From: an uncultured delta proteobacterium
GTDB taxonomy: Bacteria; Desulfobacterota; Desulfobacteria; Desulfobacterales; Desulfatirhabdiaceae
Direction: 5' to 3'
DNA length: 64,000 bases
Assembly: GCA_963789395.1 (NCBI GenBank)
Contig: CAWBKP010000024.1
Location: 192,001-256,000, forward strand
Shown: positions 20,846 to 30,220 of the stretch, in pieces
Layout: each line of letters begins with the position of its first letter
Position numbering within the stretch: the stretch's first letter is position 1
The notes under the pieces: model-generated
The model's input: the letters and a program-made list of their open reading frames with translations, nothing else
Database searches by the model: none
Told to the model about the DNA's origin: nothing
Position numbers and translations under genes: made by a program

Positions 20846-21194
20846 ATGAAAAAAAGAATCAGAAAAAAACTGAATTTGGGAGAATTTAAAGAAACAGGGT
20901 TTGAGATTTCCTGGAAACCCCAGGAAATCTCTGAAGCGGATTTTGACAAATTTATTCAAGAATTTCTGGATGCGATTGAGTCCAGAGGCCTTGTTTTCGG
21001 TGGCGGCTGTTCATCAGAGGATTCCTGGGAAGGAATCATTGCCAGAAACAAACGGTATTCCTCTCCGGATGCCGCGGACATGGAATTCGTTTCCGACTGG
21101 TTTAAAGCCCGAGTCCGATATCAAGGAATTTTCCGTGGGACATGAAATTGATTTATGGTATGCATCCGACTGCTGCTGTGATACCGATGCATAG
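20846..21194 (+). CDS. yggL: YggL/DUF469 family protein, frameshift near 21110
   Basis: MKKRIRKKLNLGEFKETGF...FGGG; the alternate frame supplies VGHEIDLWY. Confidence 0.8.
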
Positions 21195-21355
21195 AGGTGA
21201 CTGAACGGAAATCCCGGTGTACGCCGGTTGATATCACACATAAAATAATTGATCGTTGCTTCATATTTCGAATTTATTATCTATAGTGGTGATTTGGTTC
21301 AGGCACTGCTTTGGGACAGGTGAAGTCGGGGATTTTGGTCGAACTGCCTGGGGGA

Positions 21356-22599
21356 TCACTGGATGTCAATGGCGACCATCGCCACATCGTCGGCCTGGGA
21401 GGCACCGTTTTGGAACCGGGTGATGTCGTCAAACATCGCCTCGCAGAAATTCTGTGCCGAAGCATGCAGGTGACGGTGAATGGTATCGCGCAAGCGCCCA
21501 CGGCCGAACCGTTCATTCTCCGGGATTGACAGCGTCCGTCGCTCCGTCAGTGTACAGTACGATCCGGCTTTCGGGCGGAAGACTGACGTGCAATTCTTCC
21601 AGCAGGACATCGTTAAACAGGCCCAGGGCCTGCCCGTGGCCATTGCCCGGCAAAATCTCCGTTCCGTTCTTTTGAAAGAAAAAGGGAATTTCATGACCGG
21701 CGCGCACAAAGGTAAAATGGCGGCGGGCGCAGTCCAGTATACCGTAAATGACGGTAATAAATAGCCCTGCGGTATTCATGTCCAGCAAATGACGGTTAAC
21801 CTCGCCAAGCACAACGGCCGGCGGGGCCATGCGGGAGGCTTCGGCGCGCAGCAGGCTGCGCGCAAGGGCCATGAAGATCGCCGCCGGCACGCCCTTGTCG
21901 GAGACATCGCCGATCACGACTCCCAGACAGTTGTTCTTCAGGGTGATCAAGTCGTAAAGGTCGCCGCCCACGGCCCGTGCAGGGCGCATCATCACGCCCA
22001 GGTCAACCCCGGGAATCACCGGAAGGGTATGCGGCAGGATGCTCTCCTGAATTTCATGGGCCACCTGAAGTTCGCGCTCCAGCCTTTCCTTTTCAATGAT
22101 CTGAACCTGGGCTGCCTGCAGTTCGGCGTAGGCGGCTGCCAGCTGACGGTTTTTTTCCTGCAGCCCCTCAATGATCGCGTTGTCGGTGTCGCGAAGGCGC
22201 AGGCTGAACTGGCGTGTGATTTCAAATGCCAGATCTGGTTGGCGATGGAGCAAGGTGCGAAAAGTGGCATGACTAATTTTCAGCAGGCTGGTGCGGGATT
22301 TGGCACGAACGGTTGCCGATCTGCCATTTTTCAATGTCGAACATACTCATTTCGCCCAGGTAAGTTGCCGGGACCCCAGTCCTGCAGCAGCCGCTCATCT
22401 GCCGTGCCGTAAGCTTTAATGATTTCAAGATTTCCCATCGACGATGATATAGAGACAATCCCCAAATCGTTTTCATGAGAACAGGATCTGCCTGCTTCAA
22501 GCTGGACGAGCTGCATGACTTTCGCCCAGTTCCCTCAGGGCGTTTTCTTCAACCGTGTTAAAGAGGGATATCCGGCGTAAAGTATCGTTCGATGCTCAT
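21356..22599 (-). CDS. cNMP-binding domain + coiled coil + SpoIIE/PP2C phosphatase, several frameshifts
   Basis: cNMP motifs LEIIK...YLGEMS...RSATVRA; PP2C motifs VGGDLYD, GDVSDKG, RAGHE, YTDGATDA, QADDVAMV spread over several frames. Start placed at the ATG at 22599. Confidence 0.8.
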
Positions 22600-23147
22600 G
22601 GATCACCTGTTCAGAATGAAAATACGTCAATCATTCCTGCCTGGAAAAGACCAGAGTTTGGATGTGAGGACATTGTCCAGCAGCAGCATTTTGAACACTT
22701 CTCCAGGATCCTGAGGTTGCGGTTTGTTCAATGTGGATTGCATGCTGTCCTGATCTCGCATGGATGTGTCCATGAGGCACGCCTCTTATAGAATAAAAAC
22801 CTTCAGGGCTGAAGGGACTGAAAAAGGGAGTCGTTACTTGGGTAAGTGCCGCTTTGCATGAAAATTGTTAACCATAACCGGCCAAGGATGTCAAGTTGAT
22901 CATTTATGGATTTTGCGAAACAGTTAACGCTATTAGACGTTTCAAGGATCAATCCGGTCAAGGGCACTGGAAAATATCTTGCATTGAACCCTGTCAATAC
23001 GGTAGTGAAAGCCAGTATCAGAAAAAACAGCATATTTTTTATGGGTAAAATCCAGAATGAATTTGTTAAGGGTATCAAATCAAAAACACGACAAGAAAAA
23101 TTTTCTGTCAGGCCTGGTCCATTTCCTTGGATGATGCATGAAATGCC

Positions 23148-24272
23148 GTGCTTAAAGCTGTAAGGAGATCATCCGCTTTGAACCCATTTAAACGCAACCC
23201 GCCTTCCGGGTCTTCTTATGAATCGTTGAATCAGCTTCTGGGTGACTGTCGGCAGCAAGTTCAGACATTGCAGCGTGTTTCCAGTGCGATGGTTCTTTTA
23301 CTTAAAGAAATTCCAATGGATATCCCTGAAATTGATACAAAGGACTTTAATTGGCGGCTGGACCGGATCATGGAGGATATTCTGGATGAGGGAAGTGGTG
23401 ATGTTGCGGAAGAGGCAGTATCAGAACATAAACAACGTATTATTGAATTTTTTGGTCGCCAAAAAGAGCATATTCGTGAAAAAGAAGCCGAGTTTAAGAA
23501 TATTATCGAGCTACTGCGAAACGGCATGACCGGTCTGATCGGGGATACGCAGAAATTCAATCGCAGAATGCAGGATCAAAATGTCCGGATGGAGATTATC
23601 ACTCAGCTTGATGACATTCGAAAAATCAAGGAATCGCTGAAAACCGAAGTTGCCGAGATGAAGCAAATTATTCAGGAAAAGCAGGCCGGTGACTCCAGGC
23701 GGATCGAATCCCTGTCAAAAGAGGTTACCGTACTGCGGTCCAGCCTTGAGCAGGTAAAGGATGCCGCCTTGATTGACGCCATGACCGGTGCCTATATCCG
23801 TAAGACATTCGATGCGCGGGTGAGATGGGTTGTGAAACGAAGCGGGCTGGTCTGGAATCCGACATCCCTGCTGATGTGTGATCTGGATAATTTTAAAGAA
23901 ATCAATGATACTTACGGCCATCTCGTGGGGGATCATGTCTTGAAATGTTTTGTTCAGGAATGCAAAACCATGTTTCGAAGCGATGATTTTGTCGCGCGTT
24001 ACGGTGGCGAGGAGTTTGCGATCCTCCTTCCCGGAATAAGCCTCAGAAAGGCATTGAGCCGGGCTGCCTCATTCTGTAGATTGATATCGCTCAAACAATT
24101 CATGATGGAAGCGTTGCGGCCGGATGAACGGATCTGCTTTACCGTCAGCATAGGTGTCAGTGAACTGCGAAGGGAAGATACCCCGGATTCATTTGTCGAT
24201 CGCGCGGACAGAGCTCTTTACAAAGCAAAGCGAGCCGGCAAGAACCGTGCGGTCAGCGAAAATGAGATTTGA
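23148..24272 (+). CDS. Diguanylate cyclase (coiled coil + GGEEF)
   Basis: DLDNFKEINDTYGHLVGD, RSDD I-site, RYGGEEF, ADRALYKAK. Confidence 0.93.
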   Translation: MLKAVRRSSALNPFKRNPPSGSSYESLNQLLGDCRQQVQTLQRVSSAMVLLLKEIPMDIPEIDTKDFNWRLDRIMEDILDEGSGDVAEEAVSEHKQRIIEFFGRQKEHIREKEAEFKNIIELLRNGMTGLIGDTQKFNRRMQDQNVRMEIITQLDDIRKIKESLKTEVAEMKQIIQEKQAGDSRRIESLSKEVTVLRSSLEQVKDAALIDAMTGAYIRKTFDARVRWVVKRSGLVWNPTSLLMCDLDNFKEINDTYGHLVGDHVLKCFVQECKTMFRSDDFVARYGGEEFAILLPGISLRKALSRAASFCRLISLKQFMMEALRPDERICFTVSIGVSELRREDTPDSFVDRADRALYKAKRAGKNRAVSENEI

Positions 24273-24306
24273 AAATGGTCGGGTTAAGGGTGAAAATTCT
24301 ATTTCC

Positions 24307-25458
24307 ATGAAGAAACATGACATTCAAAATAAGAATATCGATCAGGAACTTTGCGGCCTGCGGCAGCAAATCGATGCCATTGATGCGCAAATTGTCTCCC
24401 TGCTTGCTGATCGGCAGCAGGTCGTCCGCCATGTGGCAGGACTCAAAAAAAACCATAATCTTGCAGTCTATCATCCTGCTCGTGAAGAAGATCTGATTTC
24501 CAGGCGTCGGCAGCAGGCAAAGGCTGACGGACTGGACCCGGATTTTGTCGAGGAAATCTATCGAACCATTATCCGCCGGTCGCGCATTGCCCAAACCCGG
24601 AGCATGTCACTGAAATCATCTCGCCCCGATGGGGTGGTTCTTCTGGTGGGAGGGAAAGGCGGGATGGGCCGGTATTTTGAGGCGTGTTTTTCTCGGGCCG
24701 GATATCGGGTACGGATTCTGGACAAGGGAAACTGGCCGGATGCCTGCTCCTTGTGTGAGGGGATTGACCTTGCCATGATCGGCGTTCCCATCGATGTTTC
24801 CTGCCAGGTGATTCAAGATATCGGACCCTTTCTGCCGGCAAATGCCGTTCTGTGTGATATTACCAGCATCAAGGAGAAACCTCTGAAGGCCATGCTGAAA
24901 GCCCATGCCGGACCGGTGATCGGTCTGCATCCTTTGTTCGGGCCGACGACATCCAGTCTGGATAAACAGATCATCGTGGCTACTCCAGGAAGGGATGACG
25001 CCGCCTGCCAGTGGCTGTTGAATCAATTCACCATATGGGGTGGCGTCGTTGTCCTTTCCGACGCTCCGGAGCATGATGACATTATGGGGATTGTCCAGTC
25101 CCTGCGCCATTTTGCTACATTTGCCTTTGGCCAGTTTCTGAAAAGAAGGCGGGTTTCCCTTTCCAGAACCCTGGAGTTTTCCAGCCCCATTTACCGGTTG
25201 GAACTTGCCATGGTGGGCCGGCTTTTTGCGCAGGATTCCTCCCTGTATTCCGAGATCATCTTTGCATCCGAACAGCGCCGGGAGCTTTTGAAGGATTATC
25301 TGGCCTCACTTTGTGAAAACATAGAAATGCTGGAAAAAGGTGACAAGCACTTGTTTCGGAAGGAGTTTGAAAAAATCGCCGAATGGTTCGGGCCATTCAG
25401 CGAACAGGCCCTGCGGGAAAGCACGTTTCTGATTGATAAACTGATCGAACGGTTCTGA
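24307..25458 (+). CDS. tyrA: Bifunctional chorismate mutase/prephenate dehydrogenase
   Basis: LRQQIDAID...REEDL CM domain; GGKGGMG, DITSIK, LHPLFGP, HD, QSLRHF, SSPIYRLEL. Confidence 0.93.
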   Translation: MKKHDIQNKNIDQELCGLRQQIDAIDAQIVSLLADRQQVVRHVAGLKKNHNLAVYHPAREEDLISRRRQQAKADGLDPDFVEEIYRTIIRRSRIAQTRSMSLKSSRPDGVVLLVGGKGGMGRYFEACFSRAGYRVRILDKGNWPDACSLCEGIDLAMIGVPIDVSCQVIQDIGPFLPANAVLCDITSIKEKPLKAMLKAHAGPVIGLHPLFGPTTSSLDKQIIVATPGRDDAACQWLLNQFTIWGGVVVLSDAPEHDDIMGIVQSLRHFATFAFGQFLKRRRVSLSRTLEFSSPIYRLELAMVGRLFAQDSSLYSEIIFASEQRRELLKDYLASLCENIEMLEKGDKHLFRKEFEKIAEWFGPFSEQALRESTFLIDKLIERF

Positions 25459-25495
25459 TTTTCATGCGGTTGAAATAGCGGGTGTGTTGAACCTG

Positions 25496-26425
25496 TTATG
25501 GCTGGTTATCATCCGAGCGGGAAAGGAGCTCACAGACAAGATTGACCAGTCCCCAGATGGCGTCCGCCGAAAGATGCAGCTCAATGGACCGGTCAAAGAG
25601 AACGGAAATCCGGGGCGCAAATTCTTCATCACCCTTCCAGAGTAGAAAATACAAAGGGATTTTCGGAAACGGCCGGAGTTTATAGGAAATATCCGCCATT
25701 GTCAGCCGTATTCCTCCGAGTTTTTCGGCAGCCAGCCGGAACCCCTCAAAATCATGCCCGTAACGCTCCAGCAGCAGATGGGTTTTTATCTCATGCGGAC
25801 CCTGAAAAAACTGGGCATCTTTTAAATCCTGGACTGCGATCGTTTCATTGAAGAGCCAGCCGGGCTTGACCTGAAGCAGATAAACCAGAACCAGAAGCTC
25901 CAGAAGGGAATGATTGATCCTCTCCCAATGTCCGGCCTGTTTTAAAAAGCACCGGCGCTCAACAGGATGGATGCGAATTTCGGTATGCAGGAAATCCAGC
26001 GTCAGGGTTTCGGGGTCTTCCTGCCGCGCCAGGGCGATGCCACAGAGTTCGGATAAGTTTTTACGCTGAAGATCTTCCCAGAATTCCGCAGGCGCCTGAA
26101 TTTTCGTGCCTGAAGAAAAATCGGATTTCGGCCGGTCTTGACGCCTGCGTGCCTGCATCTCTAAAAATCCCTGACTGAAGGGATAAGGCCCCCGTGAAAA
26201 GTTCTCGCATGGAAAGGCGTCGCAGTCTCTGAGGCAATAAGCGATCTGATTCATCCTGGCGCAGGCCAGAATAGGGCAGGGCTGTCCCAGCAGTTTCTCC
26301 TGAACTTTGATTTTCCGGGCAGCCTCCGGGCTTGTGCCCGGCCCGCAAGTCGAGCACAAGCCCGTTACTTGAAGTCTGCACACATCGCAGTTGATGCCGC
26401 AGGCGGAAGTCGGCATATCGATCAT
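25496..26425 (-). CDS. Cys-rich DUF3795-like domain fused to DUF3786-like domain
   Basis: ACGINCDVC...CSTC...CPILAC...YCLRDCDAFPC; C-terminal PFPKIP...WKGDEEF...LFD. Confidence 0.75.
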   Translation of the reverse strand: MIDMPTSACGINCDVCRLQVTGLCSTCGPGTSPEAARKIKVQEKLLGQPCPILACARMNQIAYCLRDCDAFPCENFSRGPYPFSQGFLEMQARRRQDRPKSDFSSGTKIQAPAEFWEDLQRKNLSELCGIALARQEDPETLTLDFLHTEIRIHPVERRCFLKQAGHWERINHSLLELLVLVYLLQVKPGWLFNETIAVQDLKDAQFFQGPHEIKTHLLLERYGHDFEGFRLAAEKLGGIRLTMADISYKLRPFPKIPLYFLLWKGDEEFAPRISVLFDRSIELHLSADAIWGLVNLVCELLSRSDDNQP

Positions 26426-26573
26426 CTTTCGTCCTTGACGTCAAGGACAGGTTAATGTTTGACAGTTATTTCTCTATCACAAACATCTTGGCTTGTCCAA
26501 TGCAGACAAAGGTTAAAAAAACCTGAAAATATAGAATATTACAAGAAAACACATAGCAGCATGTGGAAAATCC

Positions 26574-26624
26574 TTGACATTTTATTTCCAATTGATAAAT
26601 AGGATCAATAATATCCTATTTATC
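26574..26624 (+). promoter_or_regulatory. Promoter with overlapping palindromic operator upstream of rrf2-cydAB
   Basis: TTGACA at 26574; perfect inverted repeat GATAAATAGGAT-N7-ATCCTATTTATC at 26594-26624. Confidence 0.7.
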
Positions 26625-26653
26625 TCATATGATTTCAAGACAAGGAATATTTC

Positions 26654-27109
26654 ATGCGACTGTCGCGTGCGGCTGAATATGCGGTTCGGTGTATGCTGTA
26701 TCTGTCGATTGCCGGAAAAGGCGTTTTGGTCAGCCGCCGGACGGTTGCCGGGGAAATGGATATTCCGGAACAGTTCCTGGGAAAAATTGCCCAGCAGCTG
26801 GCAAGGGCAGGGCTGATTGAAATCATTCAGGGTGCTAAAGGCGGGTTTCGCCTGATGGTAATACCAGCCGAACTGACCTTGCTGGCGGTGATTGAAGCGG
26901 TCATTGGGGAGATTTTTCTGAATGACTGTATTCTCAGGCCCGAGTCCTGCGACAGAAGCCCGGCCTGCAAGGTTCATGTCGTGTGGGAAAACGTGAGAAA
27001 TCAGCTCCGGGAATCCCTAAGGCAAGCAACATTTTCCGCATTGATGACGGAAGCCCCGGCGCTGGCGCCGGATTCGCATTTACGCAAACCCTGTTCACCC
27101 ACCCCATAA
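26654..27109 (+). CDS. Rrf2 family regulator with three Cys (probable Fe-S sensor)
   Basis: AEYAVR, FLGKIAQQL, GAKGGFRL, C-x6-C-x5-C-xxH. Confidence 0.92.
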   Translation: MRLSRAAEYAVRCMLYLSIAGKGVLVSRRTVAGEMDIPEQFLGKIAQQLARAGLIEIIQGAKGGFRLMVIPAELTLLAVIEAVIGEIFLNDCILRPESCDRSPACKVHVVWENVRNQLRESLRQATFSALMTEAPALAPDSHLRKPCSPTP

Positions 27110-27130
27110 CCCACGAAAAAGGAGCGTCTT

Positions 27131-28435
27131 ATGGATGTTGTATGGTTATCCCGATTGCAGTTTGCAGCCGCAACCATGTTTCATTATCTCTTTGTCCCTC
27201 TGACTCTTGGCCTTTCGATTTTACTGGCCTGGATGGAAACCCGTTATGTGCGAACCGGGGATGAAACCTATCTGAGGATGACAAAATTCTGGGGAAAGAT
27301 ATTTCTCATCAATTTTGCCCTTGGAATCGTCACCGGCATCACGCTGGAATTCCAGTTCGGCACCAACTGGTCCAGATATTCCGCCTATGTGGGAGATATT
27401 TTCGGATCGCTTCTGGCCATTGAGGCCACCGCAGCTTTTTTTCTGGAATCCACACTTATCGGCGTCTGGGTTTTCGGTTGGAAAAAACTGTCCGCCAAAG
27501 CGCACGCAACGGTGATGTGGCTGATTGCATTCGCATCCTCGTTGTCTGCTGTCTGGATTATCACCGCAAACGCCTGGATGCAGCATCCGGTCGGCTATAC
27601 CATTCGCGATGGCCGGGCCGAGCTGGTTGATTTTGCGGCGGTTATTTTTCAGAAATTCGCCATCATGGAATTCTTCCACACTGTCAGCGGGGCCTATATT
27701 CTGAGTGCTTTTTTTGTCATGGGGATCAGCGCCTATCACCTGTTGAAAAAACAGCATGTGGACTTTTTTACCCGCTCCTTTAACATTGCCATGGGTTTCG
27801 GGCTGGTATTTTCGCTGTTCATCATCGTTGAAGGTGATCTGCATGCCGTTGATCTGGCGATAAAACAGCCTGCCAAACTGGCGGCCATGGAATCGCACTG
27901 GGAAACCTCCGCAAATGCCCCGCTGTATCTCTTTGCCGTTCCGGATGAAAAAAACGAAAAGAACGCCGTACAATTCGGAGCAGTGCCCGGGCTGCTCAGT
28001 TTTCTGGCGTTTCGCGACACGCATGCCGTTGTCAAGGGGCTTAAGGACTTTCCCAGGGATGAGCGGCCGCCGGTTCTGCTGACCTCGATAGCCTTTAAAG
28101 CCATGGTGGGGCTCAGCATGTATTTTGCGCTGATGACGATTCTGGGATGGTTCAAACGCAATCGCCTGACGGAAAGCCCCCTGTATCTGAAACTGATGCT
28201 GTTTTCCATTCCGCTGCCTTACATTGCCAATGAACTGGGCTGGATGCTCGCTGAAGTCGGACGACAGCCCTGGATAGTCTATGGGCTGATGAAGACATCG
28301 GATGCCGCCTCCCCGGTTGCCGGATCCCAGGTGATGACGTCACTGGCGGCTTTTTTTCTGGTTTATGGACTTCTGGGCGCTGTCGGCGCCTATCTGATTG
28401 CATCCCATGTCAAAAAAGGGCCGGCGGAATCGTGA
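27131..28435 (+). CDS. cydA: Cytochrome bd ubiquinol oxidase subunit I
   Basis: SRLQFA...FHY, EFQFGTNW, NAWMQHP, QPAKLAAME, EVGRQPW. Confidence 0.97.
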   Translation: MDVVWLSRLQFAAATMFHYLFVPLTLGLSILLAWMETRYVRTGDETYLRMTKFWGKIFLINFALGIVTGITLEFQFGTNWSRYSAYVGDIFGSLLAIEATAAFFLESTLIGVWVFGWKKLSAKAHATVMWLIAFASSLSAVWIITANAWMQHPVGYTIRDGRAELVDFAAVIFQKFAIMEFFHTVSGAYILSAFFVMGISAYHLLKKQHVDFFTRSFNIAMGFGLVFSLFIIVEGDLHAVDLAIKQPAKLAAMESHWETSANAPLYLFAVPDEKNEKNAVQFGAVPGLLSFLAFRDTHAVVKGLKDFPRDERPPVLLTSIAFKAMVGLSMYFALMTILGWFKRNRLTESPLYLKLMLFSIPLPYIANELGWMLAEVGRQPWIVYGLMKTSDAASPVAGSQVMTSLAAFFLVYGLLGAVGAYLIASHVKKGPAES

Positions 28436-28545
28436 TGCCATGTCAACACGAAACCTGAATCCGGTTTGTAACACACCAATACGGCTCTGAACAGCCTTTC
28501 AAATCAACATGCCTGCCCGGCAGGCAAGTATAACGGAGGACGATC

Positions 28546-29574
28546 ATGACATTGCAAACCACCTGGTTTTTTCTTTGGGGCCTGTTATGGGCGATTTTTT
28601 TCATGACTGAGGGATTTGATTTCGGCGTGGGGACCCTGCTGCCGTTTCTCGGCAAAACAGATGACGAGAAGCGCATCATGATCAATGCCATCGGCCCGAC
28701 CTGGAACGGCAACGAGGTCTGGTTGATCACCGCAGGCGGGGTTACGTTTGCGGCTTTTCCAAAAGTCTATGCCGTCATGTTTTCATCGCTGTATTCTGCG
28801 CTGATGCTGATATTGTTTGCGCTGATTCTGCGGGGGGTTTCATTTGAATTCCGCAGCAAGGTGGAAAATCTTTCCTGGCGCAAATTCTGGGATGGATGCA
28901 GTTTTATCGGCAGTGCGGCCCCGGCGCTTTTATTCGGGGTTGCCTTTGCCAACATATTTCAGGGCATTCCCATCGACCAAAACGGGGTTTACCAGGGTAA
29001 TCTGTTTACGCTGCTGAATCCCTATGGTCTCTGCGGCGGCCTCCTGTTTCTGCTGCTGTTTCTGCAGCACGGCGCCCTGTGGCTGAGCATCAAAACCGAA
29101 AACGGACTGCAGCTGCGAGCGATTCAGACGGCAAACCGGTTGTGGCCGATCGTTCTGGCTGCAGCGGTCGTGTTTCTGGTTTTCAGCAAATTCGCCACCC
29201 GCCTTTATGATAATTATCTGCAGCGGCCGGTACTGTTTCTGGTCATCCTGACAACCGTACTTGCCCTTCTGGGAGTCAAATACTTTCTTAAAAATCAGCG
29301 ATATGGCCAAGCGTGGATCGCATCGGCAATAACCATCGTCGGCGCGACTTTTTTCGGCGTAATCGGGCTTTTCCCCAGTCTGTTTCCGTCCAGCATAGAT
29401 AAGGCGTTCAGCCTGACGGCATTCAACGCATCTTCCAGCCCCTTGACCCTTACCATCATGCTGGGCGTTGTCGCAGTCTTTATTCCGATTGTTCTTGTTT
29501 ATCAGGCCTGGACATACAACCTGTTCAAATCCAAAACAACGCACGAAGACCTGGCATATGAGGACGCCTATTAA
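28546..29574 (+). CDS. cydB: Cytochrome bd oxidase subunit II
   Basis: GFDFGVG, GPTWNGNEVW, FAAFP, RGVSFEFR. Confidence 0.97.
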   Translation: MTLQTTWFFLWGLLWAIFFMTEGFDFGVGTLLPFLGKTDDEKRIMINAIGPTWNGNEVWLITAGGVTFAAFPKVYAVMFSSLYSALMLILFALILRGVSFEFRSKVENLSWRKFWDGCSFIGSAAPALLFGVAFANIFQGIPIDQNGVYQGNLFTLLNPYGLCGGLLFLLLFLQHGALWLSIKTENGLQLRAIQTANRLWPIVLAAAVVFLVFSKFATRLYDNYLQRPVLFLVILTTVLALLGVKYFLKNQRYGQAWIASAITIVGATFFGVIGLFPSLFPSSIDKAFSLTAFNASSSPLTLTIMLGVVAVFIPIVLVYQAWTYNLFKSKTTHEDLAYEDAY

Positions 29575-29610
29575 CCCCGGCGGCGTCAGCGGATAGAAGA
29601 TGGATAAGTT

Positions 29611-29646
29611 GCGCTGGTTGCAAAGCTACTACTTGGCAACCAGCGC
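29611..29646. terminator. Hairpin between convergent cydB and the ferritin-like gene
   Basis: 11-bp stem GCGCTGGTTGC/GCAACCAGCGC. Confidence 0.5.
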
Positions 29647-29702
29647 CTCTATCCAAAGGGCTGCAATGCTGACTTTAACGAAGGGGAACGCAGCAGGAAC
29701 AA

Positions 29703-30203
29703 TCAGTATGGCCAGAAGCTGTTGTCGTTCCAGATGGCTTCGGTCAGTTCTCTGTCCAGCCGAGACAGCAGATCCAGATGCCGGGATTCCCAGCCTGCCA
29801 GCCACTGATAAACGGCCTTTTCCTGCGGATCATCGGTCAGTTTCGCCTGATCGGAATAAATTCTGATGGAGCGCTCTTCCATGGACATGGCGGCTGAAAT
29901 CGCCGCAGCCTCGAACCCTGCCGCAGCGATCTTGTCTCTGAGGTCAGCGGTGAGGATTTGTGATGCGGTCTTTTCTGTTTCATCTTCCGGCAGCGTTGTG
30001 GGGATGAACTTTCCGCGAGTCTGAAATGCCTTGTACTGCTCTGAAAGTATTTTTTCATGCTGCTCCTCTTCGGCTGCCATCATTTCGAAGAACTCCTTGA
30101 CAGCCGGAGTCTCGGATCTGCCGGCAACCTGTGAGTAGAAAGCCTTGCCGCGACGCTCCAGCAAGATGGCCTGTTTTAATATGGATACGGTATTATTCTG
30201 CAT
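29703..30203 (-). CDS. Ferritin-like/rubrerythrin-family diiron protein
   Basis: E-x6-Y, EEEQH, second E-x6-Y and ESRH. Confidence 0.88.
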   Translation of the reverse strand: MQNNTVSILKQAILLERRGKAFYSQVAGRSETPAVKEFFEMMAAEEEQHEKILSEQYKAFQTRGKFIPTTLPEDETEKTASQILTADLRDKIAAAGFEAAAISAAMSMEERSIRIYSDQAKLTDDPQEKAVYQWLAGWESRHLDLLSRLDRELTEAIWNDNSFWPY

Positions 30204-30220
30204 TTTAATTTTCCTTTCCC

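Noticed and set aside
22610..22790. Possible short ORF or STAS remnant upstream of the PP2C gene
   Set aside because: No convincing motif in any frame.
28510..28526. Palindrome TGCCTGCC-C-GGCAGGCA between cydA and cydB
   Set aside because: Short, with no second copy noticed; function cannot be supported.
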